Source of the DNA: Acidimicrobiia bacterium
Lineage (GTDB): Bacteria > Actinomycetota > Acidimicrobiia > Spongiisociales > ZC4RG35
Length of the DNA: 56,398 nt
Assembly: GCA_048595045.1 (NCBI GenBank)
Contig: JBMDXS010000241.1
Location: 1 to 56,398 of the forward strand
Reading direction: 5' to 3'
The notes under the pieces: model-generated
Databases searched by the model: none
What the model was told of the DNA's origin: nothing
The model's input: the letters and a program-made list of their open reading frames with translations, nothing else
Program-made: the position numbers and the translations under genes
Shown: piece after piece, positions 1 through 9,391 of the stretch
How positions within the stretch are numbered: the first letter of the stretch is position 1
Layout: each line of letters opens with the position of its first letter

Positions 1-963
1 GTCTGCGATCAGCTTGCCCTCCTCCACCGCGATCTGGACCCTGACTATCGAGCCGAGGAAGGTCACGGTCTCGACGATGCCCTCGAGGACGTTCTCCTCC
101 GCGTCATCGAGGGTGATCTCCTCGGGTCGCATCATCAGGGAGACGCCGGCGCCCGCCGGCGCCTCGATCATCGACGTCGTCCTCAATTCGTACCGACCCA
201 GGCGGATGCGTCCCAGGGCCGGGTCCTCGACGGTCACCGGGAGCCGGTTGAGCTGGCCGACGAAGGAGGCGACGAAGCCGGTGGCCGGGTTGTTGTAGAT
301 CTCGAAGGGCTCCCCTACCTGCTCCATCCGGCCCTTGCTCATGACAACGACGCGATCCGAGAGGGCGAGTGCCTCCTCTTGATCGTGGGTCACGTAGATC
401 GTGGTGATGTTGAGCTGGCGCTGGATGCGGCGGATCTCCGCCCTCAGGTCATCCCGGATCTTGGCGTCGTGAGCGGAGAGCGGCTCGACGAGGAGGAGCA
501 GCTGGGGTCGGATAGCCAACGCTCGGGCCAACGCCACCCGTTGCTGCTGGCCGCCCGAGAGCTCGTTGGGGTAGGACTTCGCCTTGTCGGGCAGATGGAT
601 GAGATCGAGGAGCTCGGAGACCCGGTCCGACCGGGCAGAGCCCTCCTCCTTTCGGACTCTGAGGCCGAAGGCGATGTTGTCGGCGACGGTCATGTTGGGG
701 AACAGGGCGTACGACTGGAACACCATGCCGATATTGCGCTCGTTCGCCTTGGCATACGTGACGTCTTTGCCGGCGAGCCGGATCGTCCCGGCAGTCGGTT
801 GCTCGAATCCGGCCACCATCCTCAGAGTCGTCGTCTTGCCACACCCGGAGGGCCCGAGGAAGCTGACGAACTCGCCGGGCTCCACGTCCAGGTCGAAGGT
901 GTCCACGGCTATCACCCCATCGAACTCCTTCCGGATCCCGTGCAGGCTCAGGAACCCACTCAT
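1..963 (-). CDS. ABC transporter ATP-binding protein, PotA/FbpC-like (3' end runs off the window)
   Basis: Not in the ORF track. ATG at 963 overlaps the upstream permease TGA (ATGA). Translation [16 protein letters not shown]...[22 protein letters not shown] contains Walker [17 protein letters not shown] signature and LLLLVEPL Walker B region; the frame is open to position 1. Confidence 0.93.
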   Translation of the reverse strand, partial: MSGFLSLHGIRKEFDGVIAVDTFDLDVEPGEFVSFLGPSGCGKTTTLRMVAGFEQPTAGTIRLAGKDVTYAKANERNIGMVFQSYALFPNMTVADNIAFGLRVRKEEGSARSDRVSELLDLIHLPDKAKSYPNELSGGQQQRVALARALAIRPQLLLLVEPLSAHDAKIRDDLRAEIRRIQRQLNITTIYVTHDQEEALALSDRVVVMSKGRMEQVGEPFEIYNNPATGFVASFVGQLNRLPVTVEDPALGRIRLGRYELRTTSMIEAPAGAGVSLMMRPEEITLDDAEENVLEGIVETVTFLGSIVRVQIAVEEGKLIAD

Positions 964-1793
964 CTCCTCTTTCCCGGTCTGGTGATCAGCGCAATCGTGC
1001 CCATCGCCGCCCAGGTGAGGGCGAAGGCCACCACGGCCATCGCCGACGGCTCGTAGACCTTGCTCCTGGTGAGGTTGGCCATGTAGGGGCCGAAGGTCTG
1101 CTGTGCCATGAAGAGCGCGATCGTCAACTCACCGATCACGATGGCGAAGGTGAGCAGGGCCCCGGAGAGAAGAGCCACGCGCAGATTGGGGAAGATGACC
1201 CGGCGCAGGATCGTGGGCCACCCCGCCCCCAGGCTCTGTGCCGCCTCGGTCAGCGTGCGGACATCCATCGCCCGCAGCCCGTTGTCGACCGAGCGAAACA
1301 TGTACGGGAACGACAGCGCGGCGTAGGCACAGATGAGCAGGACCCGTGAGCTGTCGTAGGTGGCGGTCAAGAGGAGCGGGGGTCGGCCATAGAGCCGGAT
1401 GAGACCGAAGACCAGGACCACGGCAGGGATCACGAATGGGAGCAGGGTGATGAACTCGACCACCGGGCGGAGACGGGGCAGCCTCAGGGTCACCCAGTAG
1501 GCCGTGGGGACGATGATGAGCAGGCTGAGGAAGATGGCTGCGACCGCGTTGATCACCGATTCGGTGAATGATGGCCAGAAGTTGGCATCGTCGAACAGTC
1601 GACGATATGCCTCGAACCCGAGCTTGTCGGCCTCGGCCCGCAACGACCACCAGAAGGTTGCTCCCAGCGGGATCAGGAAATAGACGGCGGTCAAGATGAA
1701 GATCGCCCACGCCCAGAATCGATTTCGCCTCGTCGGCGTCTCAAGCGCCTCTGCGTCTGTCGAAACGGGTATCGGAGCGGTGGAGATGGTCAT
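960..1793 (-). CDS. ABC transporter permease (PotC-like)
   Basis: About 6 TM segments and EAA loop (LTEAAQSLGAGWPTILRRVIFP). Start set at ATG 1793, which overlaps the upstream TGA. Confidence 0.92.
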   Translation of the reverse strand: MTISTAPIPVSTDAEALETPTRRNRFWAWAIFILTAVYFLIPLGATFWWSLRAEADKLGFEAYRRLFDDANFWPSFTESVINAVAAIFLSLLIIVPTAYWVTLRLPRLRPVVEFITLLPFVIPAVVLVFGLIRLYGRPPLLLTATYDSSRVLLICAYAALSFPYMFRSVDNGLRAMDVRTLTEAAQSLGAGWPTILRRVIFPNLRVALLSGALLTFAIVIGELTIALFMAQQTFGPYMANLTRSKVYEPSAMAVVAFALTWAAMGTIALITRPGKRR

Positions 1794-2704
1794 CCCAGCC
1801 ACCTCTCCGAGCGACGCTGCAGGATCGAGTAGAGGACGATGGAGAGTCCCATGATGAACACCATCCCCATCGCCACCGCGTAGCCCAGCCCGGGATTATT
1901 GAGGACATCACCGGAGATCTGCTGGCCGATGAGCAGCGTCGCCAGGGGCAAGAGCCCTCCGGTCAGGGCATATGCGGTGGCATGGGCGCCGAAGGCGTTT
2001 CCGAAGAGCAGGATCATGGTCCCCAGGATGGATGGCAGGAGCACGGGGAGGGCGACCCGTCTCCAGTACTGGCCGGGAGTGGCCCCCAGGTTCTCCGCCG
2101 CCTCACGCCAATCCTGTTTCAACCCGTCGAGTGCGGGGAGCATCACTAGAACCATCAGCGGGATCTGGAAGAACAGGTAGACGAGGGAGAGCCCCCAGTA
2201 GGAGTAGATGGTGAAACCGCTTCCATATAGGTCGACCCCGATCAGCTGGAAGAGCGCGGTCAGGACCCCAACCCGGCCCAGGGTGAAGATGAAGGCGGCG
2301 GCCAGAGGCACGCCGGCGAAGTTGGAGGCCACGCCGGAGAAGGTGGTGAGCCCGGAGCGGAAGGGCCGGGGCAGGCCCCCCATCGAGACCGCCCAGGCAA
2401 GGAAGAAGCCGATCAGACCGCCGATCACGGCCGTGGTGAGGCTGATCCTGATCGACATCGAGTAGGCAGCGATGACCGTGTCGGTGGTGAGTGCCCGGTA
2501 GTTGTCCAGTGTCAGTGTGCCGTCGGGCCCTTCGAGGCTCCGATAGGCGAGGATGATCGCCGGGGCGATGAGGAACATCCCCGAGAAGAGAAAGAACGGG
2601 AGCACCCCGAGCCAGCTCCCGAAGCGGGCGAGTGGGGGGCGCCGAGCGCCCCCCACGATTGCCTCCGGTTTCGTCGTGTCAGCCGCCGCTGGGGCTTGGC
2701 TCAA
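1790..2704 (-). CDS. ABC transporter permease (PotB-like)
   Basis: Multi-TM protein with EAA loop (WREAAENLGATPGQYWRRVALP). Confidence 0.92.
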   Translation of the reverse strand: MSQAPAAADTTKPEAIVGGARRPPLARFGSWLGVLPFFLFSGMFLIAPAIILAYRSLEGPDGTLTLDNYRALTTDTVIAAYSMSIRISLTTAVIGGLIGFFLAWAVSMGGLPRPFRSGLTTFSGVASNFAGVPLAAAFIFTLGRVGVLTALFQLIGVDLYGSGFTIYSYWGLSLVYLFFQIPLMVLVMLPALDGLKQDWREAAENLGATPGQYWRRVALPVLLPSILGTMILLFGNAFGAHATAYALTGGLLPLATLLIGQQISGDVLNNPGLGYAVAMGMVFIMGLSIVLYSILQRRSERWLG

Positions 2705-3890
2705 CTGTCACACCAACCACGCTCGGCCAACCTTCCACGATGACCGCGCTCGCGGCCTCGATCTCCTCGATGGAGGGGAAGTAGGCGCCTTCGGTGCTGG
2801 GCAACTGTTCGGAGATCTCAGCCGGGATCGTCCCCGCCGCCGACATGGCTTCGAACCGAATCGGATGGCAGAAGGCCGAGGCCCATCCGAGCTGCCCTTC
2901 GTCGGAGTACAGGTACTCCATCCAGAGCTTGGCCGCGTTGGGGTGGGGGGCAAAGGCGCTGATCGCCTGCACGTAAACACCTGCGATCCGGCCGGCCTCG
3001 GGCACGATCGTCTCGATGTCGGGGTTCCCGGCCAGGTTCACGTCGTTGGCGATCGAGTTGTACGACCAGTCGATCAGGATCGGGGTCTCCCCGATTCCCA
3101 CCGTCCTGGAGTCTCCGTCGATCGGCACGAAGTTGCCTGCGGCGTGGAGCTCGGCGAAGAAGTCGAGCCCGGCCTGGGCCGCCTCCTCACCGCTGGCCCC
3201 GGTGGCGAGCCCGGCGGCCCACACCGAGAGGATGGCGGCATTCGAGGTGAGCGGATCACCGGAGAGCGCCACCTGCCCGTTGTAGGCGGGCTCGAGGAGG
3301 TCGGCGTACTCAGCCGGCAGCTCCGACACCGCGGAGGTGTTGACCTCGAGGGAGAGCACCCCGTAGTAGTCGCCATACCAGTAGCCCTCGGGATCCTTGG
3401 CATCCTCGGGGATCTCGTCCCAGGTGGACACCATGTAGGGCTGGATCAGCCCCTGCTCCTTGGCCTGGGGGCCGAAGGCGAGGCCGATGTCGAGCACGTC
3501 TGGGGCCTGAGGGCCCGGGTTGTCCCTGTTGGCGTCAACCGCCTCGAGCTCCTCTGCCGAGCCGGCACCGGGATCGAGTTCGTTGACCTCGAGGCCATAT
3601 GCGTCCTTGAAGCCCTGGATCACTTCGCCGTAGCCACACCAGTCATGAGGCAGGGCGATGGTGGTCAAAGTCCCTTCCTCCTGAGCGGCGGCGATCAGTT
3701 CCTCCATGCCACCGGCCGCTGCCGCCGTGGTGTCCGTGGCGCCTGCCGTGGTGTCCGTGGCGCCTGCCGTGGTCTCAGTTGCGCCTGCGGTGGTCTCGGT
3801 GCCACCAGTGGTGGTGGTGGTGCCCGTGTCATCTCCACAAGCGGCGAGCAGCATCGCCAGGGCGACGCCGACTATCAAGTGTTTCTTCAT
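2679..3890 (-). CDS. ABC transporter substrate-binding lipoprotein (polyamine/iron/thiamine SBP-like)
   Basis: Signal peptide with lipobox LAAC, Thr-rich linker, motifs DPEGYWYGDYYG and APHPNAAKLWMEYLYSDEGQ; GAGGGAG SD upstream. Confidence 0.92.
   Translation of the reverse strand: MKKHLIVGVALAMLLAACGDDTGTTTTTGGTETTAGATETTAGATDTTAGATDTTAAAAGGMEELIAAAQEEGTLTTIALPHDWCGYGEVIQGFKDAYGLEVNELDPGAGSAEELEAVDANRDNPGPQAPDVLDIGLAFGPQAKEQGLIQPYMVSTWDEIPEDAKDPEGYWYGDYYGVLSLEVNTSAVSELPAEYADLLEPAYNGQVALSGDPLTSNAAILSVWAAGLATGASGEEAAQAGLDFFAELHAAGNFVPIDGDSRTVGIGETPILIDWSYNSIANDVNLAGNPDIETIVPEAGRIAGVYVQAISAFAPHPNAAKLWMEYLYSDEGQLGWASAFCHPIRFEAMSAAGTIPAEISEQLPSTEGAYFPSIEEIEAASAVIVEGWPSVVGVTVEPSPSGG
3724..3807. 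repeat. Four imperfect 21-bp tandem repeats encoding the G(A/G)T(E/D)TTA linker of the lipoprotein
   Basis: GCCGTGGTGTCCGTGGCGCCT twice, then GCCGTGGTCTCAGTTGCGCCT and GCGGTGGTCTCGGTGCCACCA. Confidence 0.85.
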
Positions 3891-4041
3891 GGTTCTCCCT
3901 CAGTTCAGTTCGACCGCCGGTCGGCATCGTACTCCCCGGCCTACCGCCCCCGCCTAGATTCGTCGGACCCGACGAGAAGCAGATGACAAGCAGGCGAATC
4001 AGGGGTGCGGCCATGGTCCGTGGCAGGGTGATGAGTTAGCG

Positions 4042-5388
4042 GTGGCTTTCGACCTGACGATCAAGGGTGGCCTCCTCGTGCTGCCGGGACGATCTCATGT
4101 CGGCGACCTGGGCATCACGGACGGGAAGATCTCGGCGGTGGGTGACCTCCCTGCGGCGGGGAGGGTCGTCGATGCCGGCGGTCTGATCGTCCTCCCCGGG
4201 ATGGTCGACACCCACGTGCACCTCATGGACCCGGGCCCCACCGATCGTGAGGACTTCCCCACCGGGACCGCGGCGGCCTCGGCACGGGGTGTCACCACCA
4301 TCGTCGAGCACACCCACGCCTGGCCGGTGAGGAGCCCGGGCGACCTGGCCGAGAAACTGCGGCATCTCGAGGACAGGTCAAACGTCGACTACGCGCTGGC
4401 GGCACACCTCTGGCCCGAGGACCTGGGCGGCATGAGCGAGTTGTGGCGAGCAGGGGTGGCGTTCTTCAAGATCTTCACCTGCACCACCCATGGTGTCCCC
4501 GCCGTGGAGGGAGACGACCTGCTCGGTGCGTTGGAGAGCCTTGCCTCCTTCGGCGGCAACGCGCTGGTGCACTGTGAGGACGAGCAGCTCACCCGGTTCG
4601 CCGAAACGAGGTTGCGAAGCGACGGAAGAGCCGATCCGGGGCTACTGACCGAATGGCGATCACGTGAGGCGGAGGTCGTGGCGATCGCGGGCCTGGCCGC
4701 GCTGGCCTCGATGACCGGGGCCAAGGTCACCGTGGCACACGTCTCGAACCCGATCGGGGCCCAGATCGTCGCCGAGGCGCGGCGCCGGGGGGCGGATGTC
4801 GTAGCCGAGGCCTGCCCCCAGTACTTCGCCCTCGATGAGCGAGAGGTGGAAGAGCACGGAGCGCTGCGCAAGTTCACGCCACCGGCGCGGATCAGGACCG
4901 ATGAGGAGCGTGACTCCATGTGGGCCATGATGAGCTCCCAGAGTTTCTCGCATTTCTCCACCGATCATGCGCCGTCCACCCTCGCCCAGAAGGCCGACGG
5001 TGATATCTGGTCCGCCCCCTTCGGGCTCCCGGGCCTCGACACGACACTCCCCTTCCTGCTCGATGCCGCCTTGACCGGGCGGCTCGAGATCGAGACCGTC
5101 GCCGACCTCTACTCCCGGGCACCCGCCCGGCGATATGGGCTGCAGGGCAAGGGCTCCCTCGAAGAGGGATCGGACGCGGACTTCGTGTTGGTAGACCCGG
5201 CTGACCGGTGGGAGGTGCGCGACGAGGACATCCTGTCCAAGGCGGGATGGAGCCCGTACTCGGGCCGCGTCTTCCAGGGATCGGTGGTGGCCACCTATCT
5301 CCGGGGCGCAGAGATCGCCCGATCAGGCAAACCCCACGACGCCAGAATCGGGCGGTTCATGCCGGGACCGGGGACGTTGGGAGGCTGA
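4042..5388 (+). CDS. Cyclic amidohydrolase, allantoinase/dihydroorotase family
   Basis: Binuclear metal motifs: PGMVDTHVH, FFKIF (carboxylated Lys position), VHCE, VAHVS, STDHAP; C-terminal GSDADFVLVD and WSPYSG. Confidence 0.9.
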   Translation: MAFDLTIKGGLLVLPGRSHVGDLGITDGKISAVGDLPAAGRVVDAGGLIVLPGMVDTHVHLMDPGPTDREDFPTGTAAASARGVTTIVEHTHAWPVRSPGDLAEKLRHLEDRSNVDYALAAHLWPEDLGGMSELWRAGVAFFKIFTCTTHGVPAVEGDDLLGALESLASFGGNALVHCEDEQLTRFAETRLRSDGRADPGLLTEWRSREAEVVAIAGLAALASMTGAKVTVAHVSNPIGAQIVAEARRRGADVVAEACPQYFALDEREVEEHGALRKFTPPARIRTDEERDSMWAMMSSQSFSHFSTDHAPSTLAQKADGDIWSAPFGLPGLDTTLPFLLDAALTGRLEIETVADLYSRAPARRYGLQGKGSLEEGSDADFVLVDPADRWEVRDEDILSKAGWSPYSGRVFQGSVVATYLRGAEIARSGKPHDARIGRFMPGPGTLGG

Positions 5389-5410
5389 ATGCCGCTGTCT
5401 ACGATGCCGC

Positions 5411-5995
5411 ATGGCCGATCCCCAGCCGAACCAGGGCACGGGCCTGATCTCGTCCCGGCACATCTATCGGGGTCGTGTCGTCGACCTCTCTGTGGATCGG
5501 GTCAGGTTGCCCAATGGCAACGTCACCGAGCTGGAGATGATCCGCCATCCCGGAGCGGCGGTTGCCCTGCCGATAGAGACGTCCGAGGACGGCCTGACTT
5601 ACGCACTGCTCGTTCGGCAATACCGCTATGCCGCCGATGGATGGCTGCTCGAAGTGCCTGGCGGGAAGCTGGACGGCCCCGAGGACCCCGAAGCCTGTGC
5701 CCGCCGCGAGATCGTCGAGGAGATCGGGATGGAAGCCGGCGAACTGGTCGGATTGGGTTCCATCCTGACCACCCCGGGGTTCACCGACGAGCGGATCTGG
5801 CTGTATCTGGCCCGAGACCTGAGGCCGGTGGCCGAAGGCCCGGCGCTGGAGGCAGACGAGGTGTTGGAGGTGGAGCGGATCCCACTCGACGAGGCATTCT
5901 CGATGGCGACCGACGGGCGCATAGCCGACGCCAAGACGGTTGCGTCCCTCCTCAGAGCCGCCGTCCTCCTCGCCGATGACGGAGGAGTCAGGTGA
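5411..5995 (+). CDS. Nudix hydrolase, ADP-ribose pyrophosphatase-like
   Basis: HPGAAV, RQYRY, Nudix box GKLDGPEDPEACARREIVEEIG, TPGF, IADAKT. Confidence 0.9.
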   Translation: MADPQPNQGTGLISSRHIYRGRVVDLSVDRVRLPNGNVTELEMIRHPGAAVALPIETSEDGLTYALLVRQYRYAADGWLLEVPGGKLDGPEDPEACARREIVEEIGMEAGELVGLGSILTTPGFTDERIWLYLARDLRPVAEGPALEADEVLEVERIPLDEAFSMATDGRIADAKTVASLLRAAVLLADDGGVR

Positions 5996-6143
5996 GTCGC
6001 TGCACCAGCCAGACGATGCCCTGGACGAGTCTCCAACCCAGGTAGATGACGGCCAGGACGATCATCAGCTTGAAGCTGAACGGAGTGGGAACCTCCGTCT
6101 CGCCCTCTTTTCCGTCGGAATCGGGAAGCAGATCGTCGCTCAT
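5988..6143 (-). CDS. Small single-pass membrane protein (51 aa)
   Basis: Below the ORF-track cutoff. ATG overlaps the der TGA (ATGA). MSDDLLPDSDGKEGETEVPTPFSFKLMIVLAVIYLGWRLVQGIVWLVQRLT fills the gap exactly. Confidence 0.75.
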   Translation of the reverse strand: MSDDLLPDSDGKEGETEVPTPFSFKLMIVLAVIYLGWRLVQGIVWLVQRLT

Positions 6144-7453
6144 TGCTTCTCCCCCATCCTGGCGATGATATGGAGCGGGTTGCCGGTGAAGTCCGCCTCA
6201 TCCCGCAGACGGTTCTCGAGGAAACGTAGATAGTCGTCTGCCAACGTGCCCCCGGAGAGGAAGACGACGAATGTCGGCGGCGCAGTGCCCGCCTGCACCA
6301 CGTAATGGATCTTGGGTCGACGCCCTTTCCGCACCGGGGGCGGGTGAGCCGCCACCCATTTCCTGACGGCGCGATTCAACACGCCGGTGGGCAGCCGCGT
6401 GGTCCGGCTCTCCAGCACTGCTTCGATGGCAGCGGGTAGCCGTTGGATTCGAGAACCGGTCCGGGCAGACATCCGGATGACAGGCGCCCAGCCGACGAAA
6501 CCGAACCGGTCGGGAAGAGATTTCTCGGTGAGCTCGCGCTGTTCGTCGTCGAGGGCGTCCCACTTGTTGAGGACGATGACCAGGCCGACCCCTGCCTCGA
6601 CGACCTCGGCGGCGATCCGCTGGTCCTGATGGGTGACACCCTCGGTGGCATCGACCAGGAGCAGGGCGACGTCGGCGCTGTCGAGCGCCTCCCTGGCCCG
6701 AAGCACGGCGTAGAAGTCCGCATCCTCCGTGATCTGGGGCTTACGGCGGATGCCGGCCGTGTCGATGAGGCGGTATCTGCCTCCGTCCAACTGGACCTCG
6801 ACGTCGATCGGGTCCCGGGTGGTGCCCGGCGTCTCCGAGACGATCACACGATGCTCGCCGACCAGCTTGTTGAGCAGGGTCGACTTCCCGACATTGGGGC
6901 GGCCGATGATCGCGACCCTTGGGATCCCGCTGTCGGGGGCGACCACGATCTCTTCGGGGAGCGAGGAGACCACGACATCGAGCAGTTCACCGACGCCACG
7001 GCCGTGGTACGCACTGATGGGGAGAGGGTCACCCAGACCAAGACCCCATAGCCGGTCGATGTTCCCCTCCAGGTCGTGGTTGTCGATCTTGTTGGCGGCG
7101 AGGATCACGGGGATGTCCGCGGCGCGGAGCACGGATATCACCCCGGTGTCGTCATCGGTGAGCTCGGAGGTGCCGTCGACGACGAAGATCACGACATCCG
7201 CACCCGATACGGCGGCCTCGGCCTGCTCCTTGATCGAGATCCCCATGTCATCAGAGGGTTTCAGCTCCCATCCCCCGGTGTCCACCAGGACGAAGTCTCG
7301 GCCGGCCCAATCGCCTTCGAACTCGCGCCGGTCACGGGTCACGCCGGAGATCTCCTCGACCACGGCACTTCGCGCCCCGATGATCCGATTGATCAGGGTC
7401 GACTTGCCCACGTTGGGGCGTCCCACCACGACTACGACTGGTAGTTGGCTCAA
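6140..7453 (-). CDS. der: Ribosome biogenesis GTPase Der (EngA)
   Basis: Two GRPNVGKST G-domains, GVTRD/GTTRD, DTGG/DTAG, NKID/NKWD, KH-like C-terminus; GGAGG before the TTG start. Confidence 0.98.
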   Translation of the reverse strand: MSQLPVVVVVGRPNVGKSTLINRIIGARSAVVEEISGVTRDRREFEGDWAGRDFVLVDTGGWELKPSDDMGISIKEQAEAAVSGADVVIFVVDGTSELTDDDTGVISVLRAADIPVILAANKIDNHDLEGNIDRLWGLGLGDPLPISAYHGRGVGELLDVVVSSLPEEIVVAPDSGIPRVAIIGRPNVGKSTLLNKLVGEHRVIVSETPGTTRDPIDVEVQLDGGRYRLIDTAGIRRKPQITEDADFYAVLRAREALDSADVALLLVDATEGVTHQDQRIAAEVVEAGVGLVIVLNKWDALDDEQRELTEKSLPDRFGFVGWAPVIRMSARTGSRIQRLPAAIEAVLESRTTRLPTGVLNRAVRKWVAAHPPPVRKGRRPKIHYVVQAGTAPPTFVVFLSGGTLADDYLRFLENRLRDEADFTGNPLHIIARMGEKQ

Positions 7454-7497
7454 TCAGAGATCCTCCAAGTCATTCTGGCGGAGCCCAAGCCGGAGAA

Positions 7498-8547
7498 TCA
7501 GGCGCTGACCACCTCGAGGGCCTCGGTGGCGGTCCAATCCCGGTCACGTTGCAGCCACCCGTCACGACCGGGATCTCGGGCCGTCACCCCGGCTTCGATC
7601 AGCTGCTGCAGCGTGGTGACGAACGACCTCAGTTGAGGGGGGAGGGGGAAGTACTCCTGCTCCTCGATGGTCGACCAGAGCTCGAAGCCCTCCGTCGGGG
7701 AGAGGCGATCGATGACCTCCTGAACGAGATGATCCGGCGCCGATGCCCCGGCCGTCAGGCCGACGACGGCTACGCCGTCGAGCCAGGAGGCTTCGATGTC
7801 GTCGGCGGAGTCGATGCGATGGGCGGCTATCCCGTGGTCCCTGGCCACCCGGACCAGGGCCTGGGTATTGGAGGAGTTGTGGGAACCGACCACCAGCACG
7901 AGGTCACACTCTGCCGCCAGCTGCTTGACCGCGTCCTGGCGATTGGTCGTGGCGTAACAGAGATCCGACTTCCGGGACATCTGAAGCTGGGGGAAGCGGA
8001 GGCGGGCGTCGTCCATGACCGCCATCCACTCATGCACCCCAAGGGTGGTCTGAGCGAGGAGGGCCACCTTGGCGGGATCGTTGGGCTGGTAGTCGCCCAG
8101 ACCGGTCTCCGGCTCGACGAGCTGGATCGCGGAGGGGGCCTCGGCCACCGTCCCCACGGCCTCGTCGTGGCCCTCATGGCCGACGTAGATGATGTCGTAG
8201 CCGTCACGGGCCATGCGCTTGACCTCGTGATGGACCTTCGTCACCAGCGGGCAAACGGCATCGATCACGACCGCTGCCCGGGCTGTGGCACCGGACACGA
8301 CCTCGGGCGAAGAACCGTGCGCGGACAGCATCAGGGGAGCCCCCTCCGGGACTTGATCGATGTGGTCGACGAAAACGACCCCGACCCCCTCGAAAGCCTT
8401 GACCACCCACTCGTTGTGGACGATCTCGTGATAGCAATAGACGGGTCCATCGAAGATGCGGGTCATCCAGGTCAGGGCCTTGATGGCCATCTCGACCCCG
8501 GCACAGAAACCCCTGGGCTCTGCGACGAGCACCCTCTCCACGGTCAT
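7498..8547 (-). CDS. ispH: 4-hydroxy-3-methylbut-2-enyl diphosphate reductase
   Basis: PRGFCAGV, IVHN, SAHG, DAVCPLVTKVH, DLCYATTNRQ, SSNT, TAGASAP. Confidence 0.98.
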   Translation of the reverse strand: MTVERVLVAEPRGFCAGVEMAIKALTWMTRIFDGPVYCYHEIVHNEWVVKAFEGVGVVFVDHIDQVPEGAPLMLSAHGSSPEVVSGATARAAVVIDAVCPLVTKVHHEVKRMARDGYDIIYVGHEGHDEAVGTVAEAPSAIQLVEPETGLGDYQPNDPAKVALLAQTTLGVHEWMAVMDDARLRFPQLQMSRKSDLCYATTNRQDAVKQLAAECDLVLVVGSHNSSNTQALVRVARDHGIAAHRIDSADDIEASWLDGVAVVGLTAGASAPDHLVQEVIDRLSPTEGFELWSTIEEQEYFPLPPQLRSFVTTLQQLIEAGVTARDPGRDGWLQRDRDWTATEALEVVSA

Positions 8548-8592
8548 GACGACATGGTAGGTAGGCCGCCGCCCAACAGCCCGAGGGCTCGA

Positions 8593-9243
8593 TCAGGCAG
8601 CGACGCGTCTCGCCAGGTCGACGATCATCTCCACCACCTCGACGACTGTCATGTCGGAGGTGTCGATGATGACCGCCCCGTCTGGGACGATCAGTGGAGA
8701 TGCGTTCCGGGTCGAGTCCCGCCGGTCGCGATCGCTCAGCTCGTCGAGGACTGCGGCACGATCCAGGCCGGTCTGCGCCGCCCGCCGTTGGGCCCTCACC
8801 TCGGGACGGGCGTCGAGGTAGATCTTCAGCGTGGCGTGGGGGAACACGACCGAGCCGGTATCACGGCCTTCCACCACGGCCCGGTTCTCGTGACGGGCCG
8901 CCCACTCCCGCTGGAAGACCACCAGAAGGGCTCTCACGTCGGGGTGGGCGGAGACCAGTGAAGACGCAGCAGTCGCGGGCCGGCCCCTGATCTCGGCCGA
9001 GACATCCTCACCGTCGAGGTACATCCGACCTTCTTCCTGGTCGAAGACCTTGCCCGCCACGACGTCGGCCACCGCTCGATGGTCGTCGGGATCCACTCCT
9101 GCCCGAAGTGCCGCCAGGCCGGCGGCCCGATAGAAGGCCCCGGTGTCGAGCCGGGGCAGGCCGAGACGGTCCGCTACCGCCTTGCTCACCGTGCTCTTCC
9201 CCGTCCCCGCCGGGCCATCGAGGGTCACGATGAGATCGGTCAC
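8593..9243 (-). CDS. cmk: Cytidylate kinase
   Basis: LDGPAGTGKST, LDTGAFYRA, VVEGRDTGSVVFP, RDRRDSTR. Confidence 0.97.
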   Translation of the reverse strand: MTDLIVTLDGPAGTGKSTVSKAVADRLGLPRLDTGAFYRAAGLAALRAGVDPDDHRAVADVVAGKVFDQEEGRMYLDGEDVSAEIRGRPATAASSLVSAHPDVRALLVVFQREWAARHENRAVVEGRDTGSVVFPHATLKIYLDARPEVRAQRRAAQTGLDRAAVLDELSDRDRRDSTRNASPLIVPDGAVIIDTSDMTVVEVVEMIVDLARRVAA

Positions 9244-9391
9244 AGACCCGGGAGCCTATCGGGCTGCGGAGGAGGCCCGGCCTCCAGAGGGTGTCCTTAT
9301 GGGGGTATTCGGACAATGGGGGCTTGTGGGACCGGGCCCGTCTCTCCGCGCCTGGCAACCTAGCGCGGCCCGCGGCCCCGCGACGTTCTGG

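Noticed and set aside
3724-3807. 21-bp repeats as a CRISPR array
   Set aside because: They are contiguous, in frame within a CDS, have no spacers and no cas genes are present.
9294-9316. TTGTCCG-N10-TAAGGA as a PafBC promoter for cmk
   Set aside because: It lacks the conserved final T of the -10 element and has a mismatch in the upstream box.
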